A stretch of 35,605 bases of DNA, from assembly GCA_044220955.1 (NCBI GenBank), contig JBGAQA010000055.1, positions 9,332 to 44,936 on the forward strand, read 5' to 3'. How positions within the stretch are numbered: the stretch's first letter is position 1; the number at the start of each line of letters is the position of its first letter. The notes beneath the pieces were generated by a model, which was not told the DNA's origin, searched no databases, and saw only the letters and a program-made list of their open reading frames with translations. This document shows positions 8,124 to 17,972 of the stretch, piece by piece. Both the position numbers and the translations under genes were made by a program. This stretch comes from Sandaracinaceae bacterium (GTDB lineage Bacteria > Myxococcota_A > Polyangia > Polyangiales > Sandaracinaceae).

Positions 8124-10703
8124 GTGGCGTCTTCCCCGCCGACCGAGCTGCAGGCCGACCTCGACGACGCGACCGTCCGCAACTACGCGATCGCGACCGC
8201 CGTCGGGTGGCTGGCGGTCGGTGCGCTGCACGCCGCGGCCGGGCGCTGGCTCACCGCGCTGGTCCACCTCGGTGCGGCCCTCGGCTCGGCCAGCGCGCGC
8301 CTGCTCGTCCGGGGCGAGCGCGGGCGCTTCGCCGGCATCGTCGTGCTGGCCGCCGGCTCGCTCGCCGGTCTCGCGGGCGTCGCGGTGCTCTCGGGCGACT
8401 CGCGCGGCCCCGCGGTCACGCTGATCGCGCTCGTTCCGCTCCTCTCCGGGGTCATCCGGACCCAGGTGCTCCGGCGCAGCATCCTCGCGCTCTCGATCGC
8501 GACCGCGATCGGCGTCCCCGTCGTCGCCAGCCGCGTGACCGTCGTCGAGCCGATGCGCCTCGGCGTGCTCGAGAGCGTGCTCCTGAGCGCGGCCCTCGGC
8601 GTCCTCGTGTACCGGTTCGGGTCGGAGTGGCGCCTGCGCAGCGACGCGCACGTCGGGCGCCTCAAGGCGCAGCAGGCCGAGCTCGAGGCGCAGCGCGTCC
8701 GCCTCGAGACGAGCGCGAGCGAGCTGGAGAAGGTACGCGACGAGGCCCTGCGTGCGTCCGCGGCCAAGAGCCAGTTCGTCGCCATGACCAGCCACGAGAT
8801 CCGCGGTCCGCTCAACGGCCTGGTCGGTCTCAGCCATGCGCTGGCGGACACCGAGCTCTCGGCTCACCAGCGAGGCATCGTCCAGGCCCTGCGCGGCTCG
8901 TCGGACGCCCTCACCAAGGTCGTCGGGGAGCTGCTCGATCTCGCGCGTGTCGAGGCGGGCCGGATCGAGCTGGCCGTCTCGTCGGTCGACGTCCGCGAGC
9001 TGGTGGAGGACGTGGTCGACACCTTCTCCGCGGGCACGATGGAGAAGGAGCTCGAGATCGCGGCGGTCACCGACGCGAGCGTTCCGGAAGGTGTTCTCGT
9101 CGACGGCTCCCGCCTTCGCCAGATCGTGGCGAACCTCGTGGGCAACGCGGCGAAGTTCACCGATCGCGGCCACGTCCTGGTGCGGGCGCGCTTCGTCTCG
9201 GGGATGCTCGTCGTCGTCGTGTCGGACACCGGGCGCGGCATCTCGTCCGAGGATCGCGCGCGCCTCTTCGCGCCCTTCGAGCAGGTCTCCGATCGGCTGC
9301 TCGACCGCCAAGCGGGCACGGGGCTCGGGCTCTGGCTGGCGCGGAGCTTCGTCGAGGCGATGGGAGGCGTGCTCGAGGTCCGCTCCGAGCTCGGTGCCGG
9401 GACGACGTTCGAGCTGCGCGTTCCGTGCCGGCGCGTGACCGTCCCCGAGCTGGATCGCCCGTCGCGCCTGCCCACCTCGAACGTGCTGGCGCTGGTGTCG
9501 TCGCCGATCGCGGCCGACTCCTTCTCGTGCGCGGCGACGCGCGTCGGCCTCGCGCCGACGGTGGTGGCCTCCGGTGAGCCGCTCCCCGCCTCGGGCGTGT
9601 TCGAGCACGTCTTCGTGGACGTCGACGATCCGGTGCTGATCGCACGGATCGACGAGGCGGCGCGGCTCTGCGGGCCCGGCGGACGCACGTACCTCGCGGC
9701 GTCACCACGCCGCGTGGCGCGCGCCGAGGAGCTGATGCGCCGGCACGATCTCGCCGGCGTGCTGCTCAAGCCCTTCCGGGCCGCGCGCCTCGCGGCGCTC
9801 GCGGACCTCGGCGGCGACCCGCACGCTCGTGGACGGGTCGGGTCCGCGAGCGGGCAGATCCTGCCCGGGGATCTCCTCGTGGTCGACGACGAGCCGATCA
9901 ACCGGACGGTGGCGCGGCACCTCGCGGAGGGCATGGGGCTCAGCGTCTGGGAGGCGGCGAGCGGTCCGGAGGCGCTCGCGTGGCTCGAGCGCAACCCCTG
10001 CGACGTGGTCTTGCTGGACCTCCACATGGAGGGGACCGACGGCGCCGAGACCGCCAGGCGCATCCGCGCCGTCCACGGCGGGGTTCCGATCCTCATCGGA
10101 TACTCGGGTCTCGTGCGCGACGAGGAGCGAGCCCGCTTTCTCGCCGCGGGCGTCACCGAGGTGCTGGGCAAGCCGCTGGAACGCAGCTCCTTCGAGAGCG
10201 CGCTCCGGACGGGGATCCATCGCGCGCGCCGCCGTCGGACCCTCACCAAGGAGCGCCCCGGCGCCGCCGGAGCGAGCCCGAGCGCGAAGGTGACCGTTCC
10301 GGCCGCTGCGGCGGACGGCCCGCCTCCGGCCTCGGGCGCCACGACGCCGCCGACGTCGGGCACGACGCTCGATCGGGCACGCCTGCGCGATCTCGAGCGG
10401 TTCGTCGGCGTCGTCGAGGCACGCAAGCTCGCCTCGGAATTCCTCGCGTCCTTCGAGGCGCGCATCAGGAACGTGACCGAGAGCGCGAGCGCGGCCCACG
10501 TCGCGGCCGAGGCCCACAAGCTCGCGTCCGTCGCGGGCACCTTCGGGATGAGCGACGTCGCCGCAGCCTGCCTCGCGCTCGAGGCCGCCGCTCCGAGGTC
10601 CGACGCCGCGGAGCTCGAGACGCTCGTCGCGCGCCTCCGTGCCGCCGCCCCGCGAGCCCGCTCCGCGCTCGCCGGCGCACTCGACGAGTCGCCTGCGGCG
10701 TAG
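8124..10703 (+). CDS. Membrane hybrid histidine kinase (TM-HisKA-HATPase-degenerate REC-REC-Hpt)
   Basis: SHEIRGPLNG H-box, NLVGNAAKFT, DTGRG, GTGLGL; REC VVDD..VLLD..KP; Hpt AHKLASVAGTFG. Start placed at GTG 8124 to avoid overlapping the kinase gene (uncertain). Confidence 0.9.
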   Translation: MASSPPTELQADLDDATVRNYAIATAVGWLAVGALHAAAGRWLTALVHLGAALGSASARLLVRGERGRFAGIVVLAAGSLAGLAGVAVLSGDSRGPAVTLIALVPLLSGVIRTQVLRRSILALSIATAIGVPVVASRVTVVEPMRLGVLESVLLSAALGVLVYRFGSEWRLRSDAHVGRLKAQQAELEAQRVRLETSASELEKVRDEALRASAAKSQFVAMTSHEIRGPLNGLVGLSHALADTELSAHQRGIVQALRGSSDALTKVVGELLDLARVEAGRIELAVSSVDVRELVEDVVDTFSAGTMEKELEIAAVTDASVPEGVLVDGSRLRQIVANLVGNAAKFTDRGHVLVRARFVSGMLVVVVSDTGRGISSEDRARLFAPFEQVSDRLLDRQAGTGLGLWLARSFVEAMGGVLEVRSELGAGTTFELRVPCRRVTVPELDRPSRLPTSNVLALVSSPIAADSFSCAATRVGLAPTVVASGEPLPASGVFEHVFVDVDDPVLIARIDEAARLCGPGGRTYLAASPRRVARAEELMRRHDLAGVLLKPFRAARLAALADLGGDPHARGRVGSASGQILPGDLLVVDDEPINRTVARHLAEGMGLSVWEAASGPEALAWLERNPCDVVLLDLHMEGTDGAETARRIRAVHGGVPILIGYSGLVRDEERARFLAAGVTEVLGKPLERSSFESALRTGIHRARRRRTLTKERPGAAGASPSAKVTVPAAAADGPPPASGATTPPTSGTTLDRARLRDLERFVGVVEARKLASEFLASFEARIRNVTESASAAHVAAEAHKLASVAGTFGMSDVAAACLALEAAAPRSDAAELETLVARLRAAAPRARSALAGALDESPAA

Positions 10704-10727
10704 CGCTCCGATCCGGCTGGCGGATCC

Positions 10728-12062
10728 TCAGCAGTCGCGGGCGCCTGGCGCGGGCACCGTGACCGGCGGCGTCGCGAACGCGGGCGAGGTGAAGTCGAAG
10801 AGATCGAGCAGCGCGTCCGAGTTCGCATCGCGCCCCGTGATGGCCGGCAGGTCGTGGACGACCTCGATGAAGCGCAGGATGCTGGTGTGGCTGTGCACGC
10901 GGTGCGAGACGTGCCCCGCGCGCGCGTAGGGCGAGATCACCACGAGCGGCACGCGCGCGCCCAGCGTGTCGAAGGCCGCCTCCGACGGGGAAGCGAGGCA
11001 CGCGGCCGGCGGACGCACGTGATCGAAGTAGCCGCCTCCCTCGTCGTACGTGAAGAAGATCGCGAGGTGAGGCCAGAGCGGGCTCGCGAACGCCGCCTGC
11101 AGCAGGGGATGCATCGCGAACTCACCGTCGTGCACGCTCCCCGGCGGATGTTCGTCGTTCGGCTCGAGGTCCACGAAGCTCACCGCCGGCATCGACCCGT
11201 CGGCGAGCGAGGGAAGGAACTCCGTGTACGGCCGGATGTTGCGGAAGGTCGTCGGGAGCGTCCCCGAGAAGGCCTCGATCGGGCTCGCGTTGAACTCGGC
11301 CCAGGCGACACCGGCCGCCTCGAGCTCGTCGAAGACGAAGGGCCCGCTCGGATAGCCTGCGTACGACTCGCGGATTCCGTTGCTCGTGCCGCCGTAGAGG
11401 TACGCGCGGTTCGGGTGGGTCGGGCCGAGCACGCTCGCGAAGTACGCGTCGCTCGTCGCGAACGTCGTCGCCATCCACGTGTAGAAGGGGTGGTCGTCGT
11501 CGGTGAGGTAGCCCATCGCGTTGCGGCCGCCCGAGCGCGCCCAGCCGTCCATGAAACCTTCGTCCCAGCCGGTGTGCATGGCTGCCCAGCCGTGCGGGAC
11601 GTCCGGTCCACACGTCGGCGACTCGTGCCAGGCCGCGATCGGGTTGCCGCGGGCGTCCGGCAGCGCGTAGCCGCTCGGGAAGCCCTCCGTGCCGTGCCCG
11701 AGCGTGCCGAACATGTGATCGAAGGAGCGGTTCTCCTGCATCACGACGATGACGTGCGTGATCGCCGCGCGGGCCGCGCTGACGTCCGGCAGCGTGTCGG
11801 CGACCCGCGCGCCCGCCGTGAACATGCAGCGGGCACGGTCGATCGCGCGTGGATCGTCGTCGGGCGCGGGGCCGGCATCGGGTGGCGGGCCGGCATCGCG
11901 TCGTGGTGCGGCGTCCCGCGGTGGCCCGGCGTCGCGGACGACGAGCGCGTCCGAGCCCGCGTCCTGCGGGCCGGCGTCGGCTCCGGCGTCCGTCGGGCTG
12001 GGCGGCGACGAGCACGCGCCCAGCAGTGCGGCGAGCACGAGACGACGATCCAGAGCGTTCAT
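10728..12062 (-). CDS. Phospholipase C/acid phosphatase (phosphoesterase family) lipoprotein, possibly Tat-exported
   Basis: VIVVMQENRSFDHMFG, GPTHPNR, DEHP, TYDEGGGYFDHV, G.RVP..ISP and HTSILRFIE motifs; N-terminus DRRLVL..LLGAC. Confidence 0.9.
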   Translation of the reverse strand: MNALDRRLVLAALLGACSSPPSPTDAGADAGPQDAGSDALVVRDAGPPRDAAPRRDAGPPPDAGPAPDDDPRAIDRARCMFTAGARVADTLPDVSAARAAITHVIVVMQENRSFDHMFGTLGHGTEGFPSGYALPDARGNPIAAWHESPTCGPDVPHGWAAMHTGWDEGFMDGWARSGGRNAMGYLTDDDHPFYTWMATTFATSDAYFASVLGPTHPNRAYLYGGTSNGIRESYAGYPSGPFVFDELEAAGVAWAEFNASPIEAFSGTLPTTFRNIRPYTEFLPSLADGSMPAVSFVDLEPNDEHPPGSVHDGEFAMHPLLQAAFASPLWPHLAIFFTYDEGGGYFDHVRPPAACLASPSEAAFDTLGARVPLVVISPYARAGHVSHRVHSHTSILRFIEVVHDLPAITGRDANSDALLDLFDFTSPAFATPPVTVPAPGARDC

Positions 12063-12183
12063 CCCGGGATCTTACGCGCGCGGCGCTTGACGCGCCGCGA
12101 CGAAGCTCGTCTCTCGACGCCCGCCCCGTTGACGCCCCGCGGACTTCCACGGAGCATCGCCCGAGAGCGAGCCGCACGGATTC

Positions 12184-12876
12184 ATGTCGCCACCTCCACC
12201 CACGCACGCGCCGCGACCGTCGATGCCCGGGACGCACGGGCTCGCGTCGCGCCTTCGCGCCGATACCGCCGAGGCGCACCGGAGCGCAGAGCGAAGTCCG
12301 CTGATGAGGAGGATTCTCCGCGCCGAGGTCGGGCCCGTCGCGTACTGCCGGCTGCTCCGGTCGCTCTGGGATCTCTACGACGCGCTCGAGCGCGGCATCG
12401 ATCGCCACGCCACCGACGACGTCGTCTCGGTCGTGAGCTCGGCGGCGCTCCGGCGCTCGCCGGCCCTCGCGGCGGATCTGAGGAGCCTCCACGGCCCAGG
12501 TTGGGCCACCGATCTCGTCACGGGGCAGGCCACGCGCCGGTACGTGGAGCGCCTCGATCGACTGGCGCGCGTCGAGCCGGCGCTCCTCGTGGCGCACGCC
12601 TACGTTCGATACATGGGCGATCTGTCCGGGGGGCAGCTGCTCGAGCCCCGCGTCGCGGCCGCCCTCGGGCTCGAAGGCGAGGCCGGCCTGGCCTTCTACC
12701 GATTTCCCGCGATCCCCGATCCGGCAGCGTTCAAGGCCGGCATGCGTGCCGCGCTCGACGCGCTGCCGGTCGATCCACCTCGAGCCGACCGCATCGTGGG
12801 CGAAGCGCAGTGGGCGTTCGCCGGTAACCTCGCCATCTTCGACGAGGTCGAGGCGGACACGGCGGTTCGCGCGTGA
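12184..12876 (+). CDS. Heme oxygenase, biliverdin-producing (HO-1/HmuO type)
   Basis: LRADTAEAHRSAE (proximal His), LVAHAYVRYMGDLSGGQ, FYRFP and EAQWAFAGN; the start could instead be the second Met. Confidence 0.93.
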   Translation: MSPPPPTHAPRPSMPGTHGLASRLRADTAEAHRSAERSPLMRRILRAEVGPVAYCRLLRSLWDLYDALERGIDRHATDDVVSVVSSAALRRSPALAADLRSLHGPGWATDLVTGQATRRYVERLDRLARVEPALLVAHAYVRYMGDLSGGQLLEPRVAAALGLEGEAGLAFYRFPAIPDPAAFKAGMRAALDALPVDPPRADRIVGEAQWAFAGNLAIFDEVEADTAVRA

Positions 12877-12901
12877 GCGCACCCCGGTCGCGGAGTCTGC
12901 G

Positions 12902-14371
12902 ATGGAGCTTCGAGCGATGACGCCCACGGAGCGGGCCGCGATCGTGCAGGACGCGCTCGCGCGGGTCTCGATCGAGGCGATCGGCAGGCCCGGGGTCACG
13001 CCGGAGGCGCGCCTGGCCGCCTGCAGACGCGACCTCGACTCGCACCTCGAGGCGCTCTCGACCTCGCTCGCGCGCGGCGGCGCTGCCGAGTTCGCCGAGT
13101 ATGCCGCGTGGATCGCGGTGTTCCTGGAGCCGCTCGGCGTCCCGCCCCTGGTGCTCGATCAGTCGTTCGCGGCGCTCGCCGACGCGTGCGCCAGCCTCGG
13201 CGGGGCCGCGGCCGGCAGCGAGGCGGTGGCGGCTGCGTTCGCCGCGGCGCGCGAGCGTCTCGCCTCGAGCCCGCTCGTGACGCCGGCGGAGGTCGCCGAC
13301 GTCGCGCCGCTCCCGGGGGCGACCGGGCCCGCCGCGGATCTCGACGCGGTGAGCGACGCCGCCGCGAAGATGTCGGTCGCCCTGGCCTATGCGCGGCGGC
13401 CGCACGACGCGCTCTCGCACGGGGCCAAGCGCTCGCGCTGCCTCGAAGACGCGCGCTTCCACCTCGCGCAGCTGCGCGAGGCCGCGCGGCTCGACGCGCC
13501 GGCCGTCTTCGCCGAGTACGCGGCTTGGGTCCGGAGCGTCCTCGTGCGGCACGGCGTCGCCGCCGAGGAGCTCGTCGGCTACCTCGGGGCGCTGCGCGAC
13601 GTCGTGGTCGTTCTGCTCGGCGTCGAGCGCGCGGTGTCGCCGCTGCGCTGCATCGACGCGGCGCTCGAGAGGCTCGCAGGCACCGACCTCGAGATCCCGT
13701 CGTTCTTGCGCGAAGACAACCCACGGCTCGAGCTCGCGCGCGCCTACGTGGAGGCTCTCCTGGCCGGCGATCGGCGTCGGGCGAGCGCCCTCGTCGTCGA
13801 CGCGGCCGAGGGCGGCGCGCCCATCCGCGATCTCTACGTGCACGTGTTCCAGGCTGCGCAGTACGAGGTGGGACGCCTCTGGCAGCAGAACGCGATCAGC
13901 GTCGCGCAGGAGCACTTCTGCAGCGCCAGCACGCAGATGGTCATGAGCCAGCTCTACTCGCGGGTGTTCGGCGCGAGCCGCCGCGGCCTCCGGCTCGTCG
14001 CCACGTGCGTCCAGGGGAACCTGCACGAGATCGGCGCGCGCTTCGTCGCCGACTTCTTCGAGATGGACGGATGGGACTCGTATTACCTCGGCGCCAACAT
14101 GCCCACGGAGTACGTCCTCAGAGACGTCGCCGAGCGCAGGGCCGACCTCGTCGCGATCTCGGCCACGTTGTTCGACCACGTCGAGGGCGTCCGGCAGCTC
14201 GTCGCCGCGCTGCGCGCCGACCCTGCGACCCGCGGCACGGCGATCCTGGTCGGCGGACACCCGTTCCGGATGGTGCCGACCCTCTGGCGGGACGTGGGCG
14301 CGGACGGCTTCTCCGCCGACGCGGCCGGGGCGGTCGAGATCGGCAACCGGCTCGTGGCCCGCCGACCCTGA
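12902..14371 (+). CDS. Tandem phycobiliprotein-like globin domains + cobalamin-binding module (photocobilin-like), 489 aa
   Basis: Two repeats, RLAACRRDLDSHL..F.EY.AW...L...GVP and RSRCLEDARFHL..F.EY.AW...L...GV; cap domain W-x9-EH (W327/E337/H338); Rossmann NLHEIG (H375), YLGANMP, AISAT, ILVGG; GGAG upstream of ATG. Confidence 0.85.
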   Translation: MELRAMTPTERAAIVQDALARVSIEAIGRPGVTPEARLAACRRDLDSHLEALSTSLARGGAAEFAEYAAWIAVFLEPLGVPPLVLDQSFAALADACASLGGAAAGSEAVAAAFAAARERLASSPLVTPAEVADVAPLPGATGPAADLDAVSDAAAKMSVALAYARRPHDALSHGAKRSRCLEDARFHLAQLREAARLDAPAVFAEYAAWVRSVLVRHGVAAEELVGYLGALRDVVVVLLGVERAVSPLRCIDAALERLAGTDLEIPSFLREDNPRLELARAYVEALLAGDRRRASALVVDAAEGGAPIRDLYVHVFQAAQYEVGRLWQQNAISVAQEHFCSASTQMVMSQLYSRVFGASRRGLRLVATCVQGNLHEIGARFVADFFEMDGWDSYYLGANMPTEYVLRDVAERRADLVAISATLFDHVEGVRQLVAALRADPATRGTAILVGGHPFRMVPTLWRDVGADGFSADAAGAVEIGNRLVARRP

Positions 14372-14411
14372 AGGCCCCTGGCGTGGTTGAACACCATGCC
14401 CTTCGCGTGCG

Positions 14412-15383
14412 ATGTTCGCCTCCATGCAGGGTCAGGGCGGCCCCGTCTCGGTCGTGCAGGTCGTGGCGCCGCCGCGCAACACGCTGGCCTACGTCAGCCT
14501 CGGCGCGGGGCTGCTCTCGTTCTGCTCGATCCTCTGCTGCTGCATCCCCGTCCTGAACTGGGGCGCCTTCCTCGCGATGTTCCTCTTCGGCCTGATCGCC
14601 ATCGTCACGGGCGCGATCGGGCTCGCCGCGTCCGGCCGCCTCGGGGTCGGGCGAACGGAGTCGATCGCGGGCATCGTGCTCGGCTCGTTCTGGGTGCTCG
14701 CAGCGATCGGCAGCGCCGTCACCTTCTTCATGGGGTGCGCGAGCCTCGGTGCGCTCGGCGCGGCTGGCGCCGCCGTCGACGAGGGCACCGGCTCGCCTCC
14801 GCTCCTCGCGCCCGGCGAACCGCGCGAGCCCACTCCGAGCGCGCCGGGCCCGAGCGCGCCCGACCCGAGCGGCGCGCCGCCCGTCGGCGCTCCGGCCTCG
14901 ACGGCCACGCTCGATCTCGGCGCTCCGACGGAGGAGTGGCTGGACGCCCCCTGCGCGCCGGTCTCGGTGGCGGCGTCGCACGCGCTCTCGACCGGTCACC
15001 ACGGCGAGGACTACCCGGCGACGAACGCCTTCGACGACGACACGGACACGGCGTGGGCGGTGCGTGACGCCGTCGAAGGCGAGGAGTGGATCGAGGCGAC
15101 GCTTCCGCCCGGCACGCGCGTCAGCCGGGTCTGGCTCACGACGGGCTACGAGAAGATGGGCCGCGTGGGCGACCTCTTCACGCTCAACGCGCACCTCTCG
15201 CGCTTCACGCTCGAGACCGATGCCGGCCGCCGCACCGTCGACGTCGGACCCGGCCAGCGTGAGGCGGACGTGCGCCTGAACGTGGAGACGACCCGTGTCC
15301 GCTTGATCGCCGAGGGGATCTATCCAGGTGAGCGCTGGCAGGATCTATCGATCTCCGAGATCCGCGTGTACTGCGCCCGCTGA
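14412..15383 (+). CDS. Membrane protein: DUF4190-like TM region, Pro-rich linker, discoidin/galactose-binding-like C-terminal domain
   Basis: Three hydrophobic helices; YPATNAFDDDTDTAW..GEEWIE..ISEIRVY resembles discoidin-like domains. Confidence 0.7.
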   Translation: MFASMQGQGGPVSVVQVVAPPRNTLAYVSLGAGLLSFCSILCCCIPVLNWGAFLAMFLFGLIAIVTGAIGLAASGRLGVGRTESIAGIVLGSFWVLAAIGSAVTFFMGCASLGALGAAGAAVDEGTGSPPLLAPGEPREPTPSAPGPSAPDPSGAPPVGAPASTATLDLGAPTEEWLDAPCAPVSVAASHALSTGHHGEDYPATNAFDDDTDTAWAVRDAVEGEEWIEATLPPGTRVSRVWLTTGYEKMGRVGDLFTLNAHLSRFTLETDAGRRTVDVGPGQREADVRLNVETTRVRLIAEGIYPGERWQDLSISEIRVYCAR

Positions 15384-15469
15384 CCAGCGCGGGACGCTCG
15401 ACGTCCGTCACGCGCGCGCCGGCCGGCTCCGAGCTCCGTGCGGCCAGCGCGCTGCTGACAGGCGCGGCC

Positions 15470-15638
15470 CCTAAATAGCCGGTCGCGATTCGGAGAATCG
15501 CGAAGGCAGGACGTCCCCGTCCTCCCTCGGCTGTCCTCTTTAATCGGCCTGCCTCACCCACCTGTCCGTCGCGACGTCCGTCGCGACGCTAACTGCCCGT
15601 CGACGATTCTGTCCCAGAATCGTGATCGGTCATTTAGG
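15470..15638. repeat. 169-bp element with 22-bp imperfect terminal inverted repeats and terminal hairpins (REP doublet/MITE-like or structured RNA)
   Basis: CCTAAATAGCCGGTCGCGATTC pairs with GAATCGTGATCGGTCATTTAGG; perfect 9-bp hairpins at 15483-15503 and 15603-15623; tandem 12-mer at 15564-15587. Confidence 0.7.
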
Positions 15639-15714
15639 TCGCGGGCGCCGGCTCGAGCGACGAGAGCGACGCCGCCGATCTCGCGCGTCGGCCTCTCGTG
15701 ACGTCGACCGCGAT

Positions 15715-16524
15715 TCATGCGGTGAGTCTCGAGGGAGCGGTCGGGAACAGGGCCTCGAAGAGGATGCGCTCCGCGAGCAGGTCGCCGAACATGCGCGCGA
15801 GCGCGGCGGCCTCTCGGCGGTTGCGGCGCTCGGCCTCCCGGCAGCCCTCGTTGCGCGCGGACGCGCTGCGCGCCCTCGCGTCGGCGGCGCTCGTGCGCGC
15901 TCGAGTCTCGGGATCGAGCGCGGGAAGGCACGCGATGCCTCGCGCGAGCGCGATCGCCGCGTCGAGCCCCGCCTGCTCGCAGCCCGGCGGTGCGCCGGCG
16001 ATCAGGGCGAGCGACGAGAAGCTGTGCACGGCGAAGTCGGGCAGCTTGCGAAGGACGAGCCCGCTCGCGCGCTCGCGCAGCGCCCGCAGCAGCGGCGCCG
16101 CGTGCTCTGCGTGGAACGCATCGTCGAGCGGCGAGAGGTCGAGCGCGATCAGCGAGAGCCGGCCGCCCAGCGCGACCAGATCGATGCCCACGATGGGCCG
16201 CAGCCGCCCGCGCTCCGGCAGGCCGCACGCCGTCACGGAGCGGAGCGCGCCGCGCGCATCGACGAGCGCGCCGAGGGTGAACGACTCCCAGCCCGCGCCG
16301 CGAGCCGACGCGAGGTGCAGGGTGACGGGCTCGGCGCCTAGCTTTCCCGAGCAGCGCTCGAGCTCCGGGCCGAGCGGGCGAGCCTGCAGCTCCCAGCCCG
16401 CGATCGTCCTGCCGAGCTCCGAGAGCAACGCCCTCAGGCCCGCGTCGATCGGATCGGCCGCCGCCGTGACCGGGGTCGGGAGGTCGAGCCGCGCAGACGC
16501 ATCCGAGTCCGACGAGGAAGGCAC
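15715..16524 (-). CDS. Ferredoxin-dependent bilin reductase family protein (divergent PcyA-like)
   Basis: P.VGIDLV...LIALDLSP, RKLPDFA..FS and N......LARMFGDLLAERILFEALFP align by eye with PcyA PLFGCDIV..AIADLSP, RELPPWG.IFS and NDKTRRVLEKAFG..WAERYM..VLF. Confidence 0.8.
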   Translation of the reverse strand: MPSSSDSDASARLDLPTPVTAAADPIDAGLRALLSELGRTIAGWELQARPLGPELERCSGKLGAEPVTLHLASARGAGWESFTLGALVDARGALRSVTACGLPERGRLRPIVGIDLVALGGRLSLIALDLSPLDDAFHAEHAAPLLRALRERASGLVLRKLPDFAVHSFSSLALIAGAPPGCEQAGLDAAIALARGIACLPALDPETRARTSAADARARSASARNEGCREAERRNRREAAALARMFGDLLAERILFEALFPTAPSRLTA

Positions 16525-16613
16525 GCGCGCACGCTATCACCGCGCGTGATCTCTCACGAAGCCGGTGCCGCGCCCGCGCGAAAAAGCTAGAGTCCCTGGA
16601 ACCGCCGAGCGAC

Positions 16614-17968
<1,355 letters not shown>

Positions 17969-17972
<4 letters not shown>

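Noticed and set aside
4409..8182. Long alternative ORFs (e.g. 4409..8182-, 19412..23215+, 21681..24794-, 20277..21869+)
   Set aside because: Arg/Ala/Pro-rich shadow frames expected at this GC content; they overlap genes with clear family motifs.
12184..12876. Heme oxygenase as part of an iron-uptake or bacteriophytochrome operon
   Set aside because: No heme transporter or PAS-GAF-PHY gene is nearby; it sits 25 bp upstream of the globin-B12 gene instead.
15384..15714. Cobalamin riboswitch near the B12-binding gene
   Set aside because: It lies between convergent 3' ends, and I could not find the B12-box or GGGAA core on either strand.
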